Source: a virus. From it: 64,000 nucleotides of DNA. The stretch lies in IMG/VR virus record IMGVR_UViG_3300000176_000001; one strand, given 5' to 3'. This document shows, one piece after another, positions 51,278 through 59,523 of the stretch (within the stretch, counting starts at the first letter, position 1; each line of letters begins with the position of its first letter). The translations under genes were made by a program, and so were the position numbers. The notes beneath the pieces are model-generated. The model made no database searches, was not told where the DNA came from, and saw only the letters and a program-made list of their open reading frames with translations.

Positions 51278-51353
51278 TGGTGCCCACGGTCAGACTCGAA
51301 CTGACACTTTGGAGATTTTAAGTCTCCTACCTCTGCCGTTGGGTTACGTGGGC
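51278..51353 (-). tRNA. tRNA-Leu(TAA), short variable arm
   Basis: GGAGA-CTTAAAA-TCTCC; CCA. Confidence 0.9.
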
Positions 51354-51642
51354 TTGTTAGAGCCCGAGAATGTTAGACTTATATGTCAGTTTACCTCCTT
51401 GGTAACCAGTACGAAGATACTCCTCTAACATCTCAAATCGGAAGGCAGCGTCTTGGTCGCCTTCCTTCTCTAAGTCCTCTTTAGCGGACTTACAGAAATC
51501 TACTAGATCACGTAGTGCAATGCGGTCTCCGTCACGGAGAACCGCTGAGTGTGTCTTACCTGGTCTCTGGTTCATATTTATATCCCTCGTTAACCATTTA
51601 GATATAATAAACCAGTTTTCAGATAATGTACACAACTATTTT

Positions 51643-51717
51643 TGGCTGAGGGACTAGGATTCGAACCTAGGTTGACGGAGTCAAAGTCCGCTGTCCTACC
51701 TGTTAGACGACCCCTCA
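51643..51717 (-). tRNA. tRNA-Gln(TTG)
   Basis: Cloverleaf, loop CTTTGAC, CCA. Confidence 0.92.
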
Positions 51718-51722
51718 AGAAA

Positions 51723-51798
51723 TGGCTGGGGGTCAAGGACTCGAACCTCGGACATGCAGAGTCAGAGTCTGCCGTTCTACCAACTGAACTAACCCCCA
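51723..51798 (-). tRNA. tRNA-Gln(CTG)
   Basis: Cloverleaf, loop CTCTGAC, CCA. Confidence 0.92.
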
Positions 51799-51799
51799 A

Positions 51800-51874
51800 T
51801 GGTGGAATGCCAGGGAATCGAACCCTGTCTTTCTGCGTGCAAGGCAGATGTGCTCCCGTTATCACTAGCACCCC
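51800..51874 (-). tRNA. tRNA-Ala(TGC)
   Basis: G3-U70, loop CTTGCAC, CCA. Confidence 0.92.
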
Positions 51875-51946
51875 ATATTAATAAGTGGCAGATTCTGAGT
51901 TTCTCTTACGTGTGTTTCTTCTCAGCAAAAACACAACCACTTATAT

Positions 51947-52021
51947 TGGAGCGGACGATGGGATTCGAACCCACGACATTTTGCTTGGCAAGCAAAAACT
52001 CTACCCCTGAGTTACGTCCGC
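51947..52021 (-). tRNA. tRNA-Gly(GCC)
   Basis: Loop TTGCCAA, U73, CCA. Confidence 0.92.
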
Positions 52022-52053
52022 GTATAGAGGGTGAAGGGATTCCCCTCTATTTA

Positions 52054-53490
52054 TTAGTAATTATAACGCTCAGACATGATTGTCTTGAGCATAATAGCTT
52101 CTGGTGTAAAGTTATCCAGATCTGCTGCCAGAACTGACTTAACAATTGCTGGAGAGAAACCAGATATCAAAGCAGCACCACGCACATCATACTTGACAGG
52201 AACATTGTCTTGAGCATTTAGGTTCCAAAACACAATGTTAGGAATTGTGTAGCCGGCCTCTGCATACTTACGCGCAATCATCTGCATTGCTGAGTCGTCG
52301 AAACGAGCGCATTGGTCAAATTGCATGTCAGACAGAATCAACAGAGCTGCTGGCATCTCTTCGTGAGGAACATTATTCTCAATAGCAACATCTAAGATCT
52401 TTTGAATAGCTGCATTAAGGTTAGTGTTCATTTCCCATTCAGATGATACCATCTGCTTCATCTTATCAAGGATATTACCAGTGAGATTAAGAAGCTTAGG
52501 TTTTTCAGAGAAAGTCAAGAAGGTATCCTTGAACTTACCCTTGTTCTTATCTGCAAGGTAAAGACCTAGAGACACAGATACATCCAAGCAAGTAACAGAA
52601 GACTTAGAGTTATAGCCACCTGCCTTAGATATCATAGAACCTGAAACGTCAACTAGTGGAAGAATATTAGCATCACCAACATAGTTAGGCAATGCTTCCC
52701 ACTGAGCCAAGATGTGGTTCATGTTAGACTGATCATAGTTATTACGATAACCAGAAGGCCAAACACCTTTAATAACATCGTAAGGATAAACTGCACCAGC
52801 ATTAACCTTAACCTCTGCACGATCTTCAGGCTTATCAGAGACAAGCTTTGCAGCCCATTCCTTATACTTCTCAGTGTGACGTGAGAATGCCTTCTTATAA
52901 CGTGAAGAAGCAACAGAAGGAACGTGGTTGAAGTTAATGTTATCCCAGTCCTTTGCACACATCTGAGTCTCAACAACTTGTGTCAATTCAACCAGACGCT
53001 TACGATAGAACTTAGGAGTCCAACCAAGGTGCTTACGAAGCTTTGCAGCTACTTCACCCTGACGAGGCATCCACTTTGCACAAAGACCATTGCCCTGCAT
53101 AAGAGCAGCATAGATGAATGAGAAAGCAAAGCCTTCTAACTCAGTATCAACTAGGACGAGCAAGTCATCCCAACGACCAAGTTCTGGTACCTTCATGATC
53201 ATTGCACGTGCACGATCCTGATCTGTCTTAGCAAGATCCAAAAGGATGTCACGGAAGATCTTACGCTCACCAGCACCACCACGGATGTCACGAGCCCACA
53301 ATGCAATACGACCAGCGATATCTGCATCTTGAACACGAGCTGCTGTGAAAGCAGGAATTACGTTTTGCCCACGCATAGCACCAATCTTGAAGAACAAGTC
53401 AGTAAGAGCGTTAGCAGTAGATGCACGAGCCTTCATGCCATTTGTAGTTCTATCAGATTGATTTTGAACAGCGCTTGCAAATGTAGTCAT
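52054..53490 (-). CDS. DUF2828 family TROVE-like/vWA (Ro60-related) protein
   Basis: ARDIRGGAGER, GRWDDL, AKWMPR, VPS.A, MIDAS DVSGSM, LSDMQFD, FWNL, SGFS; start reassigned to MTTF behind a GGAG RBS. Confidence 0.85.
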   Translation of the reverse strand: MTTFASAVQNQSDRTTNGMKARASTANALTDLFFKIGAMRGQNVIPAFTAARVQDADIAGRIALWARDIRGGAGERKIFRDILLDLAKTDQDRARAMIMKVPELGRWDDLLVLVDTELEGFAFSFIYAALMQGNGLCAKWMPRQGEVAAKLRKHLGWTPKFYRKRLVELTQVVETQMCAKDWDNINFNHVPSVASSRYKKAFSRHTEKYKEWAAKLVSDKPEDRAEVKVNAGAVYPYDVIKGVWPSGYRNNYDQSNMNHILAQWEALPNYVGDANILPLVDVSGSMISKAGGYNSKSSVTCLDVSVSLGLYLADKNKGKFKDTFLTFSEKPKLLNLTGNILDKMKQMVSSEWEMNTNLNAAIQKILDVAIENNVPHEEMPAALLILSDMQFDQCARFDDSAMQMIARKYAEAGYTIPNIVFWNLNAQDNVPVKYDVRGAALISGFSPAIVKSVLAADLDNFTPEAIMLKTIMSERYNY

Positions 53491-53510
53491 ATCACTTCTC
53501 CATTTTACTA

Positions 53511-53566
53511 CAGATTCAACTTTTGTTTGTTTCGATACAAATTTTGAGGGTTGCGGAACTGAATCT
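53511..53566 (-). ncRNA. Y-RNA-like element 1 (short)
   Basis: AGATTCAGTT-CCGCAA...AAACAAA-AGTTGAATCT-G terminal helix. Confidence 0.6.
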
Positions 53567-53573
53567 AAATCGA

Positions 53574-53635
53574 CAGGATCTATTCTGCTTTTTCCATAAA
53601 AAAGTGCCTTACGGCAATTGTGCTGTAAAGATCCT
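53574..53635 (-). ncRNA. Y-RNA-like element 2 (short, GNRA hairpin)
   Basis: AGGATCT-TTACAGCA...TGCC-GTAA-GGCA...GCAGAAT-AGATCCT-G. Confidence 0.6.
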
Positions 53636-53643
53636 AAAATCAA

Positions 53644-53752
53644 CAGAGTGAATTTTGTTTGCCTCACCACGAGGCGGACTCGTCAGATGTGACGAATATT
53701 GGAGTCGAACCAATCATAGGCTTTTAGGCCATTTATTTGCTGAACTCACTCT
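53644..53752 (-). ncRNA. YrlA-like Y RNA with permuted tRNA domain
   Basis: Terminal helix AGAGTGAGTT/AATTCACTCT encloses a T-arm, a loop-closed acceptor-like stem and a D-arm, in that order. Confidence 0.72.
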
Positions 53753-53758
53753 AAAACT

Positions 53759-53834
53759 TGGTAGTCGGTGACGGGCTTGAACCGCCGACATTCTCGGTGT
53801 AAGCGAGATGCTCTACCAACTGAGCTAACCGACC
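53759..53834 (-). tRNA. tRNA-Val(TAC)
   Basis: Loop CTTACAC, CCA. Confidence 0.92.
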
Positions 53835-53876
53835 GTATAAATATGCTTTATTATATATCTTTATTGGAGCAACACT

Positions 53877-54623
53877 ATGATAAATGATTTAAGTTTCCTA
53901 GAGAAAGCCTATCAATTTGCAGTATTAGCTGGTGCTGCCTATAAGGATGATTGTAGTAAAGAATTTAATGACCTAGGTTTAGGTAACTATGTATTCTTTG
54001 ATAATGCAGGAGCACAGGGTCATGCAGCTTGCAATGACACAGACTTAATCCTGACATGCAGAGGCACACAACCAACCTCCGTTAATGACTTACTAGCAGA
54101 TCTAGACACTATTCCAAAAACACATGGCTTTGGCTTTGTACACTCTGGCTTTAGAAAAGAAGCCCGTAAGATCATGCCAATGATGTTTAACTATGTTAAG
54201 AGATATCCTGGTCGCAACATATGGATTACCGGTCATAGCCTAGGGGCTGCAATGGCAACCTATATAGCCCAAGAACTTGAGTTCGCAAATCTAACTCCTA
54301 AGATGTTATTCACATACGGAAGTCCTAGAGTTGGAAGCCAAAAGTATGTCGACTATTTTCCAGTAGAGCATCATCGCTTTGTTAACTGCAATGATGGTGT
54401 CACAAATGTTCCACCTGTATTTTTAGGATTTAGACATCATGGAAGTCTTCACTATATCAACTTCTATGGAAACATACGCGAGTTGACACAGTGGCAGAGA
54501 ATTAAGGATAAGTGGAGAGCCCACATAAGATCTTGGAAACAGGGTAAATGGGTTGACGCTATAGAAGATCACAGCATCAGTCTATACGCTGAGAAGATCA
54601 AGAACATAGACCCATCAAAGTAA
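53877..54623 (+). CDS. Class 3 lipase
   Basis: RGT, VHSGF, TGHSLGAA, YGSPRVG, D.V..VP, DH. Confidence 0.92.
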   Translation: MINDLSFLEKAYQFAVLAGAAYKDDCSKEFNDLGLGNYVFFDNAGAQGHAACNDTDLILTCRGTQPTSVNDLLADLDTIPKTHGFGFVHSGFRKEARKIMPMMFNYVKRYPGRNIWITGHSLGAAMATYIAQELEFANLTPKMLFTYGSPRVGSQKYVDYFPVEHHRFVNCNDGVTNVPPVFLGFRHHGSLHYINFYGNIRELTQWQRIKDKWRAHIRSWKQGKWVDAIEDHSISLYAEKIKNIDPSK

Positions 54624-54660
54624 TTGGTGTCCCGTTTTAAGCGACGGGACCAGCGCTAAC

Positions 54661-54750
54661 TGGCGGAGTGATGGCGGAATCGAACCCCTGGCCTTTCGGC
54701 TCCTACCGCTTTCAAGGCGGTGCTAGCATCCCCGGCTAGACATGCACTCC
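54661..54750 (-). tRNA. tRNA-Ser(TGA), non-canonical 8/4-like fold
   Basis: ACCGC-CTTGAAA-GCGGT, long variable arm, G73, CCA; bulged stems. Confidence 0.8.
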
Positions 54751-55185
54751 TTATAATCTTTTCATTATCTCCTTATAATATCTAGTGTTCTTAGATATTC
54801 CTGCTACGCCACTCGCGTAGTAATTAACGGCTTGTCTTATATCGCCGTTAGAGATATCTAAGCCCTCTTTGAGATAACTCATGGAGTATTCCAGATTAGT
54901 CTCAGGATCGTTAAGCTTATCACACTTTCCGACCATGCCTAGCATCTTGGCTGTTGAGCATCTAATCTGTCCGAGACCATATTCCCCCCGAACTCCTGTG
55001 ACGTGTGTACTGTAGTTTGACTCCAGGCTAATAACGGCCTGCGCTAACGCTACAGGTACGTTATGTTCTGTTGCTTTCTTACTGACTAATTCAATTATGC
55101 CCGATTTGTCTTGAGCATATCCAGTCGAATTCAATGAAAACAACGTAAGTAGTCCTATAGCTAGGACTAAATGCGGTTTCTTCAT
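54751..55185 (-). CDS. Lytic transglycosylase (SLT domain), secreted
   Basis: Signal peptide, LESNY, GLGQI, NL. Confidence 0.85.
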   Translation of the reverse strand: MKKPHLVLAIGLLTLFSLNSTGYAQDKSGIIELVSKKATEHNVPVALAQAVISLESNYSTHVTGVRGEYGLGQIRCSTAKMLGMVGKCDKLNDPETNLEYSMSYLKEGLDISNGDIRQAVNYYASGVAGISKNTRYYKEIMKRL

Positions 55186-55200
55186 GTTTTGTCCTTCTGT

Positions 55201-55274
55201 TGGTTGCGCAGCTAGGAGTTGCACCTAGAACTGGGGATTATGACTCCACTGTGATACTGTTTCACTACCGCGCT
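55201..55274 (-). tRNA. tRNA-Met(CAT), initiator-like
   Basis: CAT anticodon, 1:72 mismatch, atypical TGCAACT T-loop. Confidence 0.75.
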
Positions 55275-55308
55275 CCGGTTTTAACCTGTCCTGAATTGAA
55301 CAGGTCTA

Positions 55309-55731
55309 TTATATATCCGTCTTAGAAAGTCCAGCCCTCTGCCTCAGCTCAGTGGTAGAGAACCTATGTTTACGGGAATTGTATTCTATATCAATACCAG
55401 CATCAATACAGTACTGTTTTCCTGTAAAATCTTTGCCAATATAGTCTTCCCCGATAAATCTAATATTAATATCAGCTGTCTGTAATATATCCATAAGATC
55501 CTGCTCGGTCTCATACACTATAATCTCATCGATATATTTGACTGCTTGTAGTTGCAATTGTCTCTCTACAATAGATTGTACGGGTTTATTCTTAGTATCG
55601 GGCCTATCTATTGTAGGGTCTGTCTGTAATCCTACAATAAGATAGTCGCAATTATTTTTTGCCTCCATGAGCATAAGGACATGACCGGCATGAAGAAGAT
55701 CAAAGGTACTACAAGTAAATCCAGTTTTCAT
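55309..55731 (-). CDS. TagD/HldE-C-like cytidylyltransferase-family nucleotidyltransferase
   Basis: TFDLLHAGH, ER, VKYIDE, GEDY, STTELR. Confidence 0.9.
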   Translation of the reverse strand: MKTGFTCSTFDLLHAGHVLMLMEAKNNCDYLIVGLQTDPTIDRPDTKNKPVQSIVERQLQLQAVKYIDEIIVYETEQDLMDILQTADINIRFIGEDYIGKDFTGKQYCIDAGIDIEYNSRKHRFSTTELRQRAGLSKTDI

Positions 55732-55826
55732 TATACACCCCATTTTATAAATAAGTACACATGAATTTTAGTTATTTACTGTGAATTTTAGTTATTTTTT
55801 TACATAAAATTACCAGGAGATAACTA

Positions 55827-56324
55827 ATGCTCGATCCAAAGTCCGCAGCAAAGCTGGGCAGTTCTCTAGGAAAGGGTCTTAGCGACCAAGTATTCGGCAT
55901 CGTAGACGATGTCAGAAACGCTAAAAATATTAAGGCTGCTAATAATCAAAGAATTATTAATCAGAATAAGATCACTGACATCAACAATCAAGTAACGCGC
56001 AATAATAACAGACTGCGCGAGCAAGCTATGCGAGAGATCGCTGCAGAGCAAGAAGCTACGATGATAGCCAAGATGTCTCCGGCTCAGCGCCAGCAGTACT
56101 ATAAAGATAAAGCAGATGCTGCAAAAGAAGCACATAGAGCTAAGGTAGCTGCAGAGAGAGCACATGAGGAAATGATGGAGCTCGTGTGGGTAGGTGTTAT
56201 ATTATTTATCGTTGTTCCATTCATGGTATGGATTGGACTACTTATATGGGGTATGTCTGATGTATTGGCTTGCTATAATATGAAGGGTATTATTCCTCTC
56301 ATGAAAGCACTATGTGGTCACTAA
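55827..56324 (+). CDS. Membrane-anchored coiled-coil protein
   Basis: First gene of a plus-strand late unit; C-terminal TM. Confidence 0.6.
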   Translation: MLDPKSAAKLGSSLGKGLSDQVFGIVDDVRNAKNIKAANNQRIINQNKITDINNQVTRNNNRLREQAMREIAAEQEATMIAKMSPAQRQQYYKDKADAAKEAHRAKVAAERAHEEMMELVWVGVILFIVVPFMVWIGLLIWGMSDVLACYNMKGIIPLMKALCGH

Positions 56325-56591
56325 TGGTTGAGCCTGTTTCTAAAGAAGATATCGACACTCATCCATGGTTAGCCTCATGGAATAAGATCGATAATGATGC
56401 ACGCATGGACATTATACGATCTAAGTTGATGGAGTTAGAAGATAATTTAGGAATCGCCTCTATAATCTTGTTAACACTAATTAGCATATTAGTAATAGGT
56501 GTTGGATATGTCCTTGTGAATGAATTATCAAGTGGATCAGTATCCATAAGCCAAGTTGGTGGATTAGTCAAACAATTTACGGGGAAGTAAT

Positions 56592-57179
56592 ATGTCTACA
56601 GTATCAGATAAAACAGCTCAGATGAGCGAGACGCTAGCAGCGAGTGCTAGCAAGAGTGCATTGGTAGAGAAGATCGTATTTGCAGCAGTTCCGATCTTAT
56701 TCTCTTGTGTAGTATACTTATTCACCGCTCTTAGTTCTTCTAATCATGCTATCACGGTTCTTGAGAGTAAAATTGCAGTTGTAGTCAATAACGACAACAA
56801 GGCAATCCCTCCACAAGGTACCACGATCGACATGGCTCAAATTCGTGAGAATCTTAACACGAAGATCGATAAACAAACAGGTGAGCTCGGTGATAAGATC
56901 GACAAGGTAGAAAAAGACGCTGCTCTCGCTCGTGCTAATATGACTCTTGAACGCGAGAAGCAACTTGCGGCTTTAGAGAAGCAGCGTATGGACATGACGG
57001 CTGAGGCAGCAACCGCTCGTGCAAATATAAGAGCAGACGCGTCCATGGCAACTCAGCAACTTAAAGAAGCTCTAAATGATAGAGTAGACGGTGTCGAGAA
57101 GAACTCTGCTCTTGCTAGAGCAGAACTTGATAAGAGAATAGCTTTAATAGAGCAACTCATTAAAATGGGAAAGAAGTAA
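56592..57179 (+). CDS. Membrane-anchored coiled-coil protein with internal repeats
   Basis: N-terminal TM; AALARAN / ATARAN / SALARAE repeats. Confidence 0.6.
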   Translation: MSTVSDKTAQMSETLAASASKSALVEKIVFAAVPILFSCVVYLFTALSSSNHAITVLESKIAVVVNNDNKAIPPQGTTIDMAQIRENLNTKIDKQTGELGDKIDKVEKDAALARANMTLEREKQLAALEKQRMDMTAEAATARANIRADASMATQQLKEALNDRVDGVEKNSALARAELDKRIALIEQLIKMGKK

Positions 57180-57180
57180 T

Positions 57181-57714
57181 ATGGTTATGAAAGACAAGAC
57201 AGGTAAGATACTGTCTCGCTCGGAGGGTGAGGCGATCATGAAGAGCCGTGGTGCTATCACTATATCTATATATGCAGCGCTACTTGCTATATGCACACTT
57301 ATCGGTGGTAGCTTGAGCGGTAAGATATTATCAAATAATATCGCAGCTTCTGACACGTGGGCATTCTATCAAGCTAAGTCAATTAAGCAAGACCTTTATG
57401 AGGTAGCTAATAATATGATTACTGATATGAGTCTGCATGAGTCTTATATTAGAAATATAAACAAGCTCGCCGATGATCGTATGGAGATATACGATAAAGC
57501 TAAGAAGCTTGAAGCTGAGCGTGATGAGGCAAAGAAGAGAAGTCCATATATGAACTTTGCGTCTGCATTCTTGCAGATAGCTATTGTGCTAAGCTCGACA
57601 TCTATTCTTGCAGTAAGCATGGAGCTTCTTTTTGCTTCTATATTAATAGGTGTATTAGGAGGATTATTCCTAGCAAATGGTATATGGTATTTCTTCACTA
57701 TACCTTGGCTATAA
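57181..57714 (+). CDS. DUF4337-like membrane protein
   Basis: ASDTWAFYQAKSIK, LQIAIVLSS. Confidence 0.75.
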   Translation: MVMKDKTGKILSRSEGEAIMKSRGAITISIYAALLAICTLIGGSLSGKILSNNIAASDTWAFYQAKSIKQDLYEVANNMITDMSLHESYIRNINKLADDRMEIYDKAKKLEAERDEAKKRSPYMNFASAFLQIAIVLSSTSILAVSMELLFASILIGVLGGLFLANGIWYFFTIPWL

Positions 57715-57789
57715 TGGTGCAGGTAATTGGAATCGAACCAATCTTATGCGCCTTATGAGAGCGGTTCGACACCTTGCCGACCTACCTGC
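57715..57789 (-). tRNA. tRNA-Met/Ile2(CAT)
   Basis: Loop CTCATAA, CCA. Confidence 0.8.
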
Positions 57790-58125
57790 TTAACTAGGAT
57801 CTTCTTTTTTCTTTGGCGGTGTAGTCTCAAATCTTTTAGTTGCAGGAATCATTCCTTTACCAGAAGATATACCACACATTGTACCCTGCTCAGTAAGCTG
57901 TACTACTGTCCAGCTACCGTTATCGGGATTTACGTACATAATAAATTGTCTATCATGTTCATCTTTCATCTCAATGAATGGTTTTTCACTATAATTGTTT
58001 GAAATAAAATCATGTACTGTTTGTGCTGTTCCACATGGTTGTTGTTGTGCTAGTGCCGATGTTGATATCAATAGTAGGGGTATTAGGTATCTCATGCTTA
58101 CCTCCCTGTTAAACTATTATTTATA

Positions 58126-58200
58126 TGGTGCTGCCTGACAGGATTGAACTGTCGACCTCATCATTACCAATGATGTGCACTACCACTGTGCTAAGGCAGC
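58126..58200 (-). tRNA. tRNA-Thr(GGT)
   Basis: Loop TTGGTAA, CCA. Confidence 0.92.
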
Positions 58201-58201
58201 A

Positions 58202-58278
58202 TGGCGATCACGGAGAGACTCGAACTCCCAACCTTATCCTTAGGACGGATCAGCTCTGTCCAGTTGAGCTACGTGACC
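58202..58278 (-). tRNA. tRNA-Arg(CCT)
   Basis: Loop GTCCTAA, CCA. Confidence 0.88.
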
Positions 58279-58439
58279 TCTTGACCCAATACTTATTGTA
58301 AAAGTATATCTTAGCCATATCGGCTCCGTAGTTCCAGAACCTCTCTTTCTCTACACGAGCCAGGGAATCAAACCATTCCCAGAATGCAATAGAGAAGTCT
58401 TCTTTCTCCATCTCCTCATCCATATGGTTCTCCTAAATT

Positions 58440-58516
58440 TGGTGCGCATGGAGGGACTTGAACCCCCAGAACCTAGTTTCTAAGACTAGTACGTATACCA
58501 ATTCCGTCACACGCGC
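58440..58516 (-). tRNA. tRNA-Leu(TAG), short variable arm
   Basis: CTAGT-CTTAGAA-ACTAG, CCA. Confidence 0.9.
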
Positions 58517-58653
58517 TAATTAAGTTCGGTAGGAACGAGTATGCATCCTCTTTTCAGTGCACGGGTTTCCAAGGTTATGAGGCACTGCCTCCCCGACCTC
58601 GCCATGAGAGCGACCCATGACCGACCATATGTTCTACACTGCCTACCGAATTC

Positions 58654-58728
58654 TGGAGCGGGCGATGGGATTCGAACCCACGACATTCTGCTTGGAAGGC
58701 AGAAGCTCTACCACTGAGCTACACCCGC
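58654..58728 (-). tRNA. tRNA-Gly(TCC)
   Basis: Loop CTTCCAA, CCA. Confidence 0.93.
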
Positions 58729-58743
58729 ATATCTCTATATATC

Positions 58744-59214
58744 TTAAGCTGCTAGTATCTCTTTAAGCCTATCTGCTGCGTAGCTGGCTGCCCAAGCATT
58801 TGGTTTTACCATAGGAATTACATTACACATACCTCTAATATACCCTGTTGCCTCATTAATTACACATGATGAACCATGATGTTCATCAGGATTAATGTCA
58901 AGGTGTACTTCCACAAGACGATCTTCTAAAACTTCAGCCAACTTCATATAAAGTTCGGCAATCTTAAAAGTTTCATTCATAAGTCTAAGGCGTGGCTTGT
59001 CTTTCTGCTGGTCAAAGTCACGCTCGCGCTGTACCTCACCAAATATCTTACAGCCACGATTACCATTATAGTGCACGACTACAGCAAGGGTATAGTCGGC
59101 GTACCATAATCCCTTCATATTAAATCTCTCGGAGTCACCACCAATATAGATCTTGGTCTCTGGAGACTGAGCTGCGATGAACTCTTTTACCTCTTCTATA
59201 TTAATTTTCTTCAT
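58744..59214 (-). CDS. RNase H-like YkuK (DUF458) family protein
   Basis: IYIGGDS, RLMNE, EVHLDIN, VKP.AWAASYAAD. Confidence 0.8.
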   Translation of the reverse strand: MKKINIEEVKEFIAAQSPETKIYIGGDSERFNMKGLWYADYTLAVVVHYNGNRGCKIFGEVQRERDFDQQKDKPRLRLMNETFKIAELYMKLAEVLEDRLVEVHLDINPDEHHGSSCVINEATGYIRGMCNVIPMVKPNAWAASYAADRLKEILAA

Positions 59215-59231
59215 GGTATACTCCTTTATTA

Positions 59232-59308
59232 TGGAGGACCCGAGAGGACTCAAACCCCTAACCTCCGCGTTCGTAGCGCGGCGCTCTATTCAGTTGAGCT
59301 ACGGATCC
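59232..59308 (-). tRNA. tRNA-Arg(ACG)
   Basis: Loop CTACGAA, CCA. Confidence 0.9.
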
Positions 59309-59509
59309 TTAGTGAACTACACAGTGTTTTATTCTATCTGGACTAAACAATATCACAGCTTTAGGATTAGTTACTTTTATATCGTCTACTTTAACTGATC
59401 CTTGATCAATCATACGGCGAGCTTCTGACTTAGTCTTTGCTAAGCCGGTCAACACCATACTCTCTGCTACAGTGATTCCATCCCAGGCTAGTAGATCTTC
59501 AAAGGTCAT
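59309..59509 (-). CDS. Stand-alone S4 RNA-binding domain (TyrRS C-terminus-like)
   Basis: GLAKTKSEARRMIDQGSVKVD..KV. Confidence 0.8.
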   Translation of the reverse strand: MTFEDLLAWDGITVAESMVLTGLAKTKSEARRMIDQGSVKVDDIKVTNPKAVILFSPDRIKHCVVH

Positions 59510-59523
59510 AGTGTTCTCCTATA

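Noticed and set aside
51590-52137. ORFs called over tRNA genes (also 20159, 57727, 59177, 59530, 63435-63810)
   Set aside because: They are explained by the tRNA sequences.
53491-53670. 60-aa N-terminal extension of the 538-aa ORF
   Set aside because: A good RBS and ATG lie at 53490; the extension runs through the structured RNA elements and does not look like protein.
53511-53752. CRISPR mini-array interpretation
   Set aside because: The repeats are conserved in structure rather than sequence, inner lengths vary widely, and no cas genes are present.
54661-54750. Selenocysteine or opal-suppressor tRNA
   Set aside because: The anticodon on the coding strand is TGA (Ser), not TCA.
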